A stretch of DNA of 45,740 bases from Ionaspis alba. Lineage: Eukaryota. The translations under genes were made by a program, and so were the position numbers. The notes beneath the pieces are model-generated. The model had not been told where the DNA came from. It did not search any database and saw only the letters and a program-made list of their open reading frames with translations. Positions 10,757 to 22,914 of the stretch are shown here, in pieces; position 1 is the first letter of the stretch; the number at the start of each line of letters is the position of its first letter. The DNA is taken from contig CAXUUL010000052.1 in NCBI GenBank assembly GCA_964255285.1, positions 1 through 45,740 of the forward strand, in the 5' to 3' direction.

Positions 10757-12636
10757 ATGTTCGTTGATATTTCTGCACTGGGCGCTCGCCCACTGCTCCT
10801 GGCAATTTCTATCCTTTTAGTTGGCGGTTTCCTCAAGTTTCTGTTCGAAGGCTATAAAGCTCGTAGTAGGTTCGTCGAATTACAGCGGCAAGGCATGGTG
10901 AGCCGTCGTCTCGTAGTTCCATCCGCGTTGAAGAAAAGGGACTGAAGAAGCACAGCCCATGCCACCACACAGCTTTATATTCGGTCACGTCCTCTGGTAC
11001 GGCAGAATTGCAGCTCAATACCCTTCCGATATGCATGGGCATTATATTGCAACAGTCGTCAAAAAGGCCTATCCTTCACTGCCATCTTGTTTCTACCTCG
11101 ATCTCTGGCCATTTAGTGCTCAGTTCCTCCTGGTTGGAGATCCGAGCGTAGCTGCTCAGTTCACGCAGGACCGCTCCATGCCAAAATTCGAAGGGATCAA
11201 AACCTATACAAGACCGATTTTGGGGTCGAATGATCTGCTTACAATGGAAGGGCAAGAGTGGAAAAAATGGAGGGCCTATTACAATCCTGGCTTCACACCT
11301 GGTCATTTGATGACACTGGTCCCAGGTATTGTCGAGGATACACTGACCTTTTGCAACATACTCCAGCGTCATGTCAAGGAAGGAGATCTGTTTAGTTTAG
11401 AGGAGGCTACTACCGGATTGACAGTTGATGTCATAGGTAGGGCAGTGCTGTAAGCGTCCCCGAGAGTCTCTAGTCTGTCTGCCGCTGCTCGACACTGAGC
11501 GACCACACCATTCAGTTCGCTTTATTATCGCTAAAAGTTTCTAGTGGTGCCCCGATGGGCGCACAATTAGTTCCCAACGATCTTGTGAAGGGTTTCAGGA
11601 GTCAAGTTCAATGGGTTCCTATTGGTGATGAGATCAATCCGTTCAAAAAATACAAGCCTTTCCGACCATTCATTTATGCCTATAATACTCGGAGAATGAA
11701 TGGATACATCTCCCGCGAATTGGACCAACGTTCCGCAATGCGACGCAATACGGAACACCAAAAATTTAGCAAACGAAGTAAACCAATTATTGATATTGCT
11801 CTCGACGTCTACCTAGAGGATGAGAACCGAGATTCGTCTACCGACGATATCGATCCCACGTTCAAATCCTTTGCCATCGACCAGATCAAGCTGTTCATGT
11901 TCGCCGGTACGTTTACCATTGAACCTACCAATAACCACACCATTCTTATACCACTTCTATGTTCTAATCAAGACGTCTGATAGGTCACGACACCACAAGC
12001 AGCACCCTCAGTTATATTTTCCACCTCCTTCCTAACCAGCCCGAAGTCCTCTCCAAGCTCTGCGCCGAGCACGATTCCGTCTTCGGGACCGACCTAACCA
12101 AGACCGCAGAAATCATCACCAACGACCCCTACATCCTCAACAAACTCCCTTACACTGTCGCCGTAATCAAGGAGACCCTCCGTCTTTATCCTCCAGCATC
12201 CAGCCTCCGCCAAGGTCTTCCAGACTTCTACCTCAACGTATCCGGCCGCCAATATCCCACCGATAAAATGACTCTCTGGTCCGTACAGCAAATAATGCAC
12301 CGCAATCCGGAACTCTGGCCCCGGCCCGAGTCCTTCGTTCCCGAGCGACATCTGGTGGCTGAAGGTGATCCATTATTCCCTGTCAAAGGAGCTTTCAGAC
12401 CTTTCGAATTTGGACCCAGAAACTGCATCGGACAGGAATTGGCGATGCTGGAGTCAAGGCTTATCCTGGCCATGGTTGTCCGGGAATTCGATATCAGGTC
12501 TGATTATGGGAGCTTTGATAGGAAGAGGGGCAGGAAGGGAAAGTCGATGTTTGGGGAGAGGGCGTATCAGGTGCTGCTAGGGAGTGCGAAGCCGGTCGAT
12601 CATATGCCAGCGAGGGTTAGTCTCAGGGAGAGATGA
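10757..12636 (+). CDS. Cytochrome P450 monooxygenase; exons 10757-10897, 10956-11449, 11545-11906, 11984-12636
   Basis: N-terminal membrane anchor, AGHDTTS I-helix (across an intron), KETLR, PER and FEFGPRNCIG heme motif; the spliced frame is intact. Confidence 0.95.
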
Positions 12637-12907
12637 GGACGGTCAAAAAGAGAAATCGTGTTATTCCCGGATTGGTGCTTCAGATAGCTGTTGAGATTGT
12701 TGATCGAACTTAGCTATTTTAGATATGCACTTTATTGTTCATACTAGACCCTGTCATTACCCAACCGTAATTATTGGGGGTATCATTCGTCTTATCAAAC
12801 TTTCTTTAGGTCTTTTACAAACTCAAGGACTTGCTATACGTAACGCTTAGGACGCTCGAAAACACGACCAGTCCGTTCCCAACGGCTGTTCTCTAACCAC
12901 ACAAGTC

Positions 12908-14467
12908 CTACAAAAACCACCTAAAATCCTCCACACTGGGCCCGTCCCTCAACTTCTCCGTCGGCACGTCCTTGGCACTCAACACCCTTCCCAACTTCCT
13001 ATCCCTCCTCTTATTGTCCCAAACCATATACGTTCCTAGTAGCCCCGCCGCCACCGCACCCGTAGCTCCAAATGCCGCCGTCGTCGCCAGGGCTGGCAAA
13101 TACTTCGGGGCATCCTGATTCCTGAAGATATTGCCACTAACCACACCCATCAGATTCGCCAGCGGCACGCCCACAGATGTCAACACAACACGTCGCCCCT
13201 CGTGCGCAACGTTGTTGTTGTACCAGGTGGATAGTAACACCGAGGGTGCGGCCGTGCCCCAAGTCATCATGAATGTGGCAAAGTAGGCAGTGTGCACGCT
13301 CGAGGCGATATCGACGGTGGCGTAGACGATCATGCCGAGGAAAGTGAAGAGAAAGCCAAGGACGATAAAGGGCGAACGGAGACGCGTGAAGTCGGAACTG
13401 AACGCTAGGATCAGGAGCATGACTGCGCCGCTGATATTCGGGGCCACGGTATAGAGATTTGTTTTGACCGTGTCATAACCTAGGCGGGCGACAATTTGCG
13501 GCAGGAAAAGCGTGACGCTCTGCAAGGGGACGCCGAGACAGATTTCAATAGCCAGGAAGCCGTACGTGCTTGGGTTCTTGAAGATCTGAAGGGAGTCACG
13601 AAGGTTGAACTTCTCGTTCACGATGCTAGAGCTGTCGACTTGTATGCGGTGGTATGCAAGGGCTTTTTCCTCAGGGGTCAGGAAACGGGCGACGGAGGCG
13701 GAGTGTGGCAGGTACCAGTAGGCGAAGAGGGCGAAGAGGAAGGTACAGCTACCTTCGATGAGGAAGAGGTAGCGCCATGAATAGAGGGGCCCACTTTTGA
13801 CGTGGAAGACACCGTAGGCGAGGAGGCCTGCGAAGGCTGAGGCGATGTTGGAGGCGGCGTAGAAGAGGGCGAGACGACGGGCGAGTTCGCCGCGGCGGTA
13901 GAAGGTTGTTTGGTAGTAGACTACGAGAGGGAAGAAGGCCGATTCGGAGATACCTGGGTGAAGGAGGGACCGGGTCAGCATAGGAGGGAAAGAGGGAGTT
14001 TGGTGCGGATGATTACCGAGGAACCAGCGAAGAGTCAGCATGCCGGCGAAGTTGTTGGCTGCAACGCCAAGAATGGTGAAGATACCGAACGAGGCCATCA
14101 TGATGGGGAGGACACGGCTTGGACCGAATTTCTTGCCCAGCATGCCAATTGGTGGAGCGAAGAGCACGTAGGGAATGTAGAAAATGGAGATGAGGATGTT
14201 GTATTGGTCGCTCTTGAAATTGAGGTCTTTTTCCATATTGTCGGTTTTGGCGTTGCCCAGATTACCTTTGTCGAGCGCGTTGAAGAAATACATGACGGCG
14301 AGGACAGGAAGGAGGCGGAGGTCGAATTTGCGACAGAGGGCTCGCTCGGCTTGGTGGTCGATTATTCTGGCGGTCTCCCCTTCGGTGGTGATGGTAGGAG
14401 AAACTGCTTCTCGAGAGCCGAGAGAGGAGACATCGTAGGGTGTCTTTTGTTCGTCGGTTGCAGTCAT
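12908..14467 (-). CDS. MFS transporter, anion:cation symporter (Dal5/Tna1-like) family; in-frame 63-bp intron 14016-13954
   Basis: RKFDLRLLP, LDKGNLGNAK, FYRRGELARR, WRYLFLIEG and DAPKY motifs; multiple TM helices. Confidence 0.93.
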   Translation of the reverse strand: MTATDEQKTPYDVSSLGSREAVSPTITTEGETARIIDHQAERALCRKFDLRLLPVLAVMYFFNALDKGNLGNAKTDNMEKDLNFKSDQYNILISIFYIPYVLFAPPIGMLGKKFGPSRVLPIMMASFGIFTILGVAANNFAGMLTLRWFLGNHPHQTPSFPPMLTRSLLHPGISESAFFPLVVYYQTTFYRRGELARRLALFYAASNIASAFAGLLAYGVFHVKSGPLYSWRYLFLIEGSCTFLFALFAYWYLPHSASVARFLTPEEKALAYHRIQVDSSSIVNEKFNLRDSLQIFKNPSTYGFLAIEICLGVPLQSVTLFLPQIVARLGYDTVKTNLYTVAPNISGAVMLLILAFSSDFTRLRSPFIVLGFLFTFLGMIVYATVDIASSVHTAYFATFMMTWGTAAPSVLLSTWYNNNVAHEGRRVVLTSVGVPLANLMGVVSGNIFRNQDAPKYLPALATTAAFGATGAVAAGLLGTYMVWDNKRRDRKLGRVLSAKDVPTEKLRDGPSVEDFRWFL

Positions 14468-15207
14468 ATTAAATAGCACTTGCTTGATCACAGCAGGCGA
14501 GGGCAAGCAGGGTCTTCACGGCGATTTAGAGAAATATTGTACAAGATTCAACCACAAGAGACTTAATGATCAATTGAAGGAAACTATGCTATTCATATTC
14601 GAGAAATTGATTGAGAAAACGATGCGAGGAGAAGGGCCGATTGCGGCGTACTTGTGGTTCGTTTGCTTTCTTCTTTCCTCGACCTTATCAGGGCCAAGCG
14701 ATTTCTTCACAGATAGCATGCATCCGATCATCGCATTGCAGATCGTGTGACTCTGAGCTGCTTTAGGTCAATATGTGCATACAATCGTAGCAGGGAAGAT
14801 CTTTGGATTCGGCCATCACGCTAGGAGACCGTTGGTCGGAGCCGCCCACAATGCAGAGCAAGCCACAGATGAAAACATCCCTTTTCAAATGTGAGGACGA
14901 TAAGAATGTCTTGTAAGGACAGGGTCTCAACATCAGGCTAGTCGTAGGCTTTGTGAGTTGAGTAGTGACATATATTGCATTCTGGCATACTATGTTGCGA
15001 GCATGAGGGCGCAATAATGATACAAAGCAACATGGAAAACTCCTGGACGGTAGAAGTTCTTAGGGCTAATTAGCCTTGCCGCTAAGATAACGGCGGCCAT
15101 CGGAGAAATGGTTGATACGGTGCGCCAGCCGCCAAATTCACCCGTCAAAATATCCAAAATATTTCAAAAGCAGATGAACTGCATTGCGCCGATGGAATAA
15201 GCCGGCT

Positions 15208-17788
15208 ATGGCGCCTCAGTCTCTGGATGACGACTTTGTGCTAACCATCTCTGATGACGATGCTACCTTCCCCCTTCCAGACGAAGAAGAAGAAGACACA
15301 GCGCCCAGCACTACAGGCTTCAAAGCAGAATCGAACGGAACGAAGCGCAAACGAGGCATCGAAGTTTCAGTTGGGCTTGACTCCAGTATAAACGGGCAGA
15401 GCAAGAGGCAGAAGAGATTAAAGAAGAATCGGCCTGTAAGTTCGAGCAATGGGAAGGATGACAGGAGTGCGACCGAAGAATCAGAGGAGGGGTGGGCTGC
15501 AGGAGGACAAGATGATGGTGCTATGGACTCCGACTTTGAATTCCAAGTTGGAGATGTGGATACTGGAGTGATGGAGGACTTTGATGGTTGGGGATTGAAT
15601 GATCAAACAACAGCAACTAGTCGAGGTAATAAGAAGGGTGTCGACATTGATGATTTAATTGCGCGAAGACGCAAGGGTGGGAATAAAAATCGTGAAGTTG
15701 TTGGCGTGGAAGAACCTAATGGCGCCAGCGATAATGGTATTGAGGACGAAGCGGAAGAGGAGGAAGGTGTTACACCTAATATCATCGGGGCAGTAGAAGA
15801 GAGAGAGGAAGAAGATGAGCTCCTTGCACCAGATGGGTTCGGAATGGGAGCTACAGGAGAGGATGAGGAGAGCGGTGATGATCATACAGGAGAAGGTTCT
15901 GCAGGCGAATTCGATCAGAATGCCGGCTTGGAGGACGAGTCAGTAGCATCTCCTGTCCCACATCCGGGTGATCATGATATAGATGTTGCATCCAACAACG
16001 ACGACGAGGACGACCCAGCAGAAAAAGCCCGACGGGACGCCTTCTTTGCACCAGAAGAGAAGCCGGACAAAACCGGGTCAAGGAAAGAACCCTCTATGAA
16101 TTCCTTTCAATCGATGTCTCTTTCTCGACCTATCCTTCGTGGACTCGCTTCAGTCGGCTTTTCAGAACCGACTCCAATTCAAGTCAAAACAATACCAGTC
16201 GCCCTTCTCGGTAAAGATGTAGTGGGTGGGGCTGTGACAGGATCAGGAAAAACAGCTGCATTCATGATTCCGATCCTCGAACGCCTGCTGTACCGTCCCA
16301 AGAAGGTGCCTACCAGTCGAGTGGCCATCCTGATGCCAACTCGAGAGCTGGCTGTTCAATGTTTCAACGTTGCCAAAAAGCTCGCCAGCTTCACCGATGT
16401 CACTTTCTGTCAACTGGTCGGAGGTTTCAGCCTCCGGGAGCAGGAAAGTGTGCTGAGAAGCAGACCAGATGTCATCATTGCAACACCAGGACGATTCATT
16501 GATCACATGAGGAATTCTGCAAGCTTCACTGTGGACACACTTGAGATCCTCGTGCTCGATGAAGCCGATCGAATGCTCGAAGACGGTTTTGCTGACGAGC
16601 TCAACGAGATCCTGACCACTATCCCCAAGTCTAGACAGACCATGCTCTTCTCGGCCACCATGACAAGCAGTGTAGACAAGCTGATCCGAGTTGGCCTAAA
16701 CAGACCTGTACGACTCATGGTTGATGCTCAAAAGCAGACTGTGGGGACTCTCGTGCAGGAATTCGTTCGTCTACGTCCTGGGCGAGAAGATAAACGACTT
16801 GCGTGTCTGATACATCTTTGCTCTACGATTTACACCGATCGCGTGATTATCTTCCTTCGGCAAAAGAAGGAAGCCCATCGTGTGCGCATTATCTTCGGAC
16901 TTTGTGGTTTTAAAGCAGCTGAGCTTCATGGCAGTATGACACAAGAGCAGGTAGATCATTCGATCCTTATTTATGCTCTCTTGTTCCTACTTTTCATCAC
17001 TTCATATCTCCTGATCAGCACTAATGCTCTCTTCCCAGCGAATCTCAAGCATCGAATCCTTCCGCTCAGCAAAAGTTACTCACCTCCTTGCCACCGATGT
17101 AGCTTCTCGTGGTCTCGACATCAAAGGCGTAGAAACGGTCATCAACTACGAAGCGCCTCAGTCGCACGAAATCTATCTCCATCGTGTTGGTCGAACAGCC
17201 AGAGCGGGACGAGCAGGAAGATCCTGCACAATCGCTGCTGAGCCGGATCGCAAAGTAGTGAAAGCAGCGGTACGATCTGGTAAAGCGCAAGGTGCGAAGA
17301 TTATGAGTCGCATAGTGGAAGCTTCCCTGGTGGATGAGTGGGCAAAGAAGATCGAGAGCATGGACGATGAAGTAGAAGCTATAATGAAAGAAGAGAAGGA
17401 GGAGAAGCAATTGGGCCAGGCGGAGATGCAGGTGAAGAAAGGTGAGAATATTATGGAATTCCAGGGAGAGATCATGGCAAGGCCGAAGAGGACTTGGTTT
17501 GAAAGTGAAAAGGAGAAAAAAAACGCAAAGTCTGCGGGAAGGGTGGAGCTCAATGGGATGGAACAAGGGAAGGCGAAGAAGAAAGGGAATTTGAGTGGGA
17601 AGGATAAGAAGAAGTTGGATGATACTAGGGAGAGGGTTGAGGGCAAGATGTGGAAGAAGGGAAAGGCAGACAGAGATGGTAAGGGAGGAAAAGGTGGAGT
17701 TGTGAAAGGAGGCAAGCCAAAACGTGCTATGGCATCTGGTGGCAGGACGAGTGCAAAACACAAGAAGGGTAATCGTGGGAGAAGATAG
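15208..17788 (+). CDS. DRS1: ATP-dependent DEAD-box RNA helicase DRS1 (DDX27); exons 15208-16950, 17039-17788
   Basis: Acidic N-terminus, Q motif, [36 protein letters not shown], and the RPKRTWF motif typical of Drs1. Confidence 0.95.
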
Positions 17789-18015
17789 GATAAAAGATGC
17801 ATACTGGAGAGCGATATGAAGCGATTGGTTAATCTGAAATCCCTGCACAGTGTAACGTGACTTCGTGATGATCTGGTGTCTGCAGCTAAGCCTTATGTCA
17901 ACAAAACAGCGCTTCTGCCCCCAACCAGTAGAAAGTTTACTCTGCATATGCGCGAACGCCATCGAATATTGGACCCACTTCGAAACCTAAACGCATCGAG
18001 AACAGACAATAGAGT

Positions 18016-20948
18016 ATGGCGCCAAAAGTTTCGGGACATAAAGCGCTACAGGCGAGTAGCGGCAATACCGGTCGTGCTGGCGCAATGCCCAACAACGCGA
18101 ATGGCAAGCGCAAAATTGAGGTTATTGACCTCGTCGATAGCGACAATGAGTTCGCCAATCCCTCTCGCAAGATACCCAGAGCAAACAACACTCCAGGTTC
18201 CTATACTCAGGCAGAGCGCGACACATGGGTCATCAGCGACGATGATGAAGCGGACGAGCTCATTCTCAACGGCCGGGAGGATGACGGTTTTGACAACGGC
18301 TTCGATCTCTATGGCACACTGCAGACCAAAATTGTCGGTGTCCGCTTCTACCATGGCTACGCGACAATTGGCGAACATGTCCTCATCAGACGAGAGCCTA
18401 GCAATCAGTACGACCGGAATGCTATTCGTATCGATAATGTGCAAAGAGAGCAGATTGGTCACATCCCGCGCCAAGTGGCTGCGAAGTTGGCAAGATACTT
18501 GGATAATGGATCCTTAGTTCTCAGTGGAACTATCTCAGGGCGCAAGGGAGAGTTCGATTGCCCCATCGCCGTCGAGCTCTACGGGCCAAGCGAAGCAGGT
18601 GCCAAAGCACAGCTGAAAAGGGAGATGGAAATGGACAGACTGCCTGTGGACGAGCTCAATAGGCAGGAGGCTGCAGAGAAGAAACGCAAAGCGGCTGAGC
18701 TGAAGAATGTAGCAAAGCAAGGCGCTGGAGTGGCTCCTGCCGCTGGAAGTAGCCAACAATGGGGAAATGGAACCAGTCAGGTCAATCTTGCTGGGAGTTC
18801 TTCCCAGGGCATGGCGGATGCAAGCCAGAGTATTGAAACTATCATGCTTGAAAGTGAACGGTTCAATCCAAGAGAGATGGGTCAGGCTGTTGAGAAGTAC
18901 GGGGCTCAGGAGGAGTCTCTTGCGCAGATGCCGATGGCGGATATACCGAGTCGTCTTAGCACCAGTTTGCTTCCTTACCAGCGTCAAGGGCTTGCCTGGT
19001 TGTTGGACAGGGAGAATCCAAAACTACCAGCTCCTGGATCTCTGGATGTGGTGCAATTATGGAAACGTTCGCCAAACAACCCAGCACTGTTCACGAATAT
19101 TGCAACAAATTATTCTACTAAGGAGAAGCCGGTCCTTGCCAGTGGTGGTATTCTTGCCGATGATATGGGTCTGGGAAAGACTTTGGAGATGATCGCTTTG
19201 ATGGTGGCCGACATGGATTCGTCTGCCTATGCTCAAGCCCTGAGCCAGTCTAGAGCTACCTTGATCATTGCACCTGTCAGTGTTATGAGCAATTGGAGTG
19301 GCCAAGTAAGTACTTCCGTTCTCCAATATACAGTTACTCAGTCACTAACGACAAACTATAGATTGCACACCACGTCCTAGAAGACAGAGCACTACGTGTT
19401 TTGACCTACCATGGGAGCTCACGAAAAGCCCTCAAACCAGCCGATTTTGCAGAATATGATGTTGTCATAACTACATATGGCACTCTTTCTGCTGAGTACC
19501 TTCCCAAAAGTAGCAAGAAGACTCCTGCCCCAATTCCGCGGGCCTCTGGACTGTTCTCAGTCAACTGGCGCCGTATTATACTTGACGAAGGCCACAATAT
19601 CCGGAACCCAGGCACAAAGGGAGCATTAGCCGCGACCAGCATACTCGCACGCTCTCGTTTTGTCCTGACAGGCACTCCCATCGTCAACAATCTGAAAGAC
19701 TTATACTCGCTAGTCCGTTTTATTGGACTGAAGGGTGGCCTGCAACAACTCGAGATCTTCAACCATCTGCTCATCCGACCTCTCAAGAATGGCAGTGAAC
19801 AAGCAACACTGCTCCTGCAAGCACTCATGGGAACTCTTTGCCTTCGTAGGCGCAAAGACATGTCATTCATTGATCTTCGCCTTCCGGAGCTGTCCGAATA
19901 CGTCCATCGGATCAAGTTCCTTTCCCATGAAAAGGAGAAGTATGATGCTTTGCAGGCAGAGGCGAAGGGAATGCTCCAAACCTACCATACTCGTCAAGGG
20001 AAAGGAGATGGTAAGAAAGCACAGGACGCGTATCGTCATTTGCTTGAGATTCTGCTCCGGTTGAGGCAGGTCTGCAACCATTGGAAGCTTTGCGGAGAGC
20101 GTGTCACATCACTCATGTCTTTGTTGGAGACACAGAAGGTGGTGGATCTGACTCCCGAAAATCGCCAGGCACTGCAAGATATGCTGCAGCTAAGCATTGA
20201 ATCGCGTGAAGACTGCCCCATATGCTTGGAGAATCTACACAACCACGGACCCGTCATCACCCATTGCGGCCACGTCTTCGGCACCGACTGCATCACTCGT
20301 GTCATCGAAACCCAGCACAAATGCCCCATGTGCCGAGCCGAGTTGAAGGACGAGACGATCCTCGTCCAGCCAGCCACCGAAACTGGCGACGGCAAAGAAC
20401 AAGAAATCGACATCGACACCACCAGCAGCAAAATCGAGACTCTGCTCACCATCCTCAAAGCCTCCCACCGCAAACCCGGAACCAAAACCATCCTTTTCAG
20501 CCAGTGGACCTCCTTCCTCGACATCGTCCAGAAGCAACTCGACCAGCATGACTACACCTATGCCCGAATTGACGGTCGGATGCCCGCCGCCGCTCGCGAC
20601 AAAGCGCTCCAAGCCCTCGATACCGACCCCAATTGTACCATCATGCTAGCTAGTCTGGGTGTCTGCGCCGTGGGCCTCAACCTCGTCGCGGCTAATCAGG
20701 TCATCCTCATGGACAGCTGGTGGGCGCCGGCGATCGAGGACCAGGCCATCGATAGGGTGCATCGCTTAGGACAGACGAAGGAGACCACGGTTTTTAGACT
20801 GGTCATGGAGGGAAGTATCGAGGAGCGGACGCTGGAGATCCAGAAGGAAAAGAGGAAGTTAATGATGACGGCATTTCAGGAGAAGACCACTAAGCGCATG
20901 GGCGGGAAAACGGCGAGGCTGGGAGATATTGAGAAGTTGCTCAAATAG
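18016..20948 (+). CDS. HIRAN-SNF2-RING helicase/E3 ligase, HLTF/SMARCA3-like (Rad5/Rad16 family); exons 18016-19305, 19362-20948
   Basis: HIRAN (IVGVRFY..REPSNQYDRNAI..IGHIPR), LADDMGLGKT, DEGH, TGTP, RING CPIC..CGH..CPMC, FSQW, QAIDRVHRLGQ. Confidence 0.94.
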
Positions 20949-21132
20949 GAAGCGTTGGCTTGGCGAGACTCTTTCATGATGAACTTTCTGAGTGCAGCTG
21001 AAGGGATCTAGAGCGAGGCTCATCTGTAGCTAAACTTACTAGAACCGGCCGAAAGTATGGTAACACAAAGGATTGAGTGGGATAGTTCGAGTCGGGACAC
21101 CCCGTTGCTGCTGAGATGTTGCCTTATAAGAG

Positions 21133-21141
21133 TTATCTGAT
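21133..21141 (-). promoter_or_regulatory. Candidate SreA-type iron-repression GATA element ATCAGATAA
   Basis: TTATCTGAT on + is an exact match to ATCWGATAA, ~1.8 kb upstream of the ferric reductase; single copy only. Confidence 0.3.
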
Positions 21142-22914
21142 CGCTCAGGGTTCGTAGGGATGGAATGAGCCGAGCATATGCTTAGGTGAGGCTTGCTAAT
21201 CTACAACCGTTTCCGGCAAAGGTGGAGTGAAGAGGTGGAGTCTATCTCTCGAGAGGTACCCTTGATCAAGTAGCGTGGGATTTTCAGCTGTTGTGATGAG
21301 AATAGCTAGAGTTGCAATCAATACATTCCCCACCTCGATGTGCCTCGTGTTACCGCCATAAATAAAGAAACTGATCCCACAACGCGTAGGCCGTAGCTTT
21401 GATGACCACAATGTAAGGCTACAGTACCGGTAACCGTGACTTGAGATCTCCAGAGCATGGGTCGGCCGTGGGATGGTCGCGTTTCGCAAAGCGTGGAAGG
21501 AGATCAAAGAAATGGATGAAACTCGTTCCTCGTTATTCGTTTCTTTGTGTTTCGCTTGGCGCGCGCCCGCGGCCCATTCTCCCGGGACTGGACCGACTTG
21601 CTCGGCTGAACCACAACCTGCCAACTCATTCTGATACTTAACTATCGCTGGAGTATCATCCACCCACAGCGAAACAGCTCATGATGCATTCTGCTGGCTC
21701 TGGCAGAAGTCTCCGTGTGGCTGGGATGTGGAGGTATCGTATCGGAAGCATAGCCCGTGGGAACCACTACTGCTACCTCGTCGCAGAATTATTACCATCG
21801 TCTGGATGACATTCAGCGGCTCTGCCGCACGCCTCTCTCTGCACTGTCAAGTCCAGAAGTCATTCTCGACCAGTCGATATCGAGGAAGCATGCTTGACTC
21901 GGCAAGTCTCAAGCTCGGTCGCTTTGGGGTTGCAGAAGCTTAAATCAGCTACTGGATCTGGATCATCTTTACGATATCACGTACCTGAACACGGGCTTGA
22001 CTCAAAGGACCCGGTTCAAGCACTTCCTGACTAAACTACATCAGACCTTTGATGATGCTTCTACGAGGAGTACCTCATGGAAGTGGAGACTTCTCTCCAG
22101 ATTTTTCCTTGTCTATCTATACTCTCTTGCTCACTTCGAGCATAGATTTTTTTTGTTCTGGCCTCCACTTCAAATACGCCTCTGCTTACCATAGAACTTT
22201 GTTTCCTTCGAGGTCTGCGGGTTCAGCACCGAGGACCTCCATCTACCTATCGCCCTCCAACAGCACATGCTTTCTTATCAGGTAGTCGGTTCTGTGTTGC
22301 ACTGCTATCTGCGCCTCTCTCCACAATAGTCTCACAGCTCAGGTTCAGCTGCTTCCTTCTCGCGAGAGATAACGAGCAGTACGACCTTAACCGATGCCCG
22401 ATACGAGGAGTACGACAATGAAGGCATCATTGAGGTGGAAGAAGCCTTGACGCCAGTGCTTGTTTAAAATGCTTGAACAAAGCTTCAGGTTCGTCGTCCT
22501 ATTGTCTATTGTTCTCTTACAAGTCTATTGTCACTCAGGGCTTTGTTTACCATTGTTCATTGTGGCATTATAGCTGACTTGCCCTGTTCATAGTCTATTG
22601 ATTCCCTCCTATTGTCGAGCATCACCTATCACTCACTATTCACTTCATGTTCTATCAACAACATTTCTTGAGACGACTATTCACGTCATACTCAGTGTAG
22701 CATTCACTGAGTTTGTACGTGTAATAGCTAAGCGAACGCGTCTTCTCGACCTCAACCTTCGAACTTCGACATCTCTGTTGTCGTATCACAAAGTCTCGGA
22801 ACGGCCAAAGGAGGTCTTCATCTCACTCCGCAGGATCGCAGTGAGCTGTACCGACTGGGGAGTTTAAGAAAAAGTGCTCGACATACTCTAGAGTTCTCCT
22901 ATCCTCTGTGCACC

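Noticed and set aside
17066..17962. 298-aa and 209-aa antisense ORFs over the DRS1 3' exon
   Set aside because: Leu/Phe/Ser-rich mirror of a purine-rich coding strand.
21045..21105. B-box-like GTTCGAGTC suggesting a tRNA
   Set aside because: No T-stem pairing or cloverleaf.
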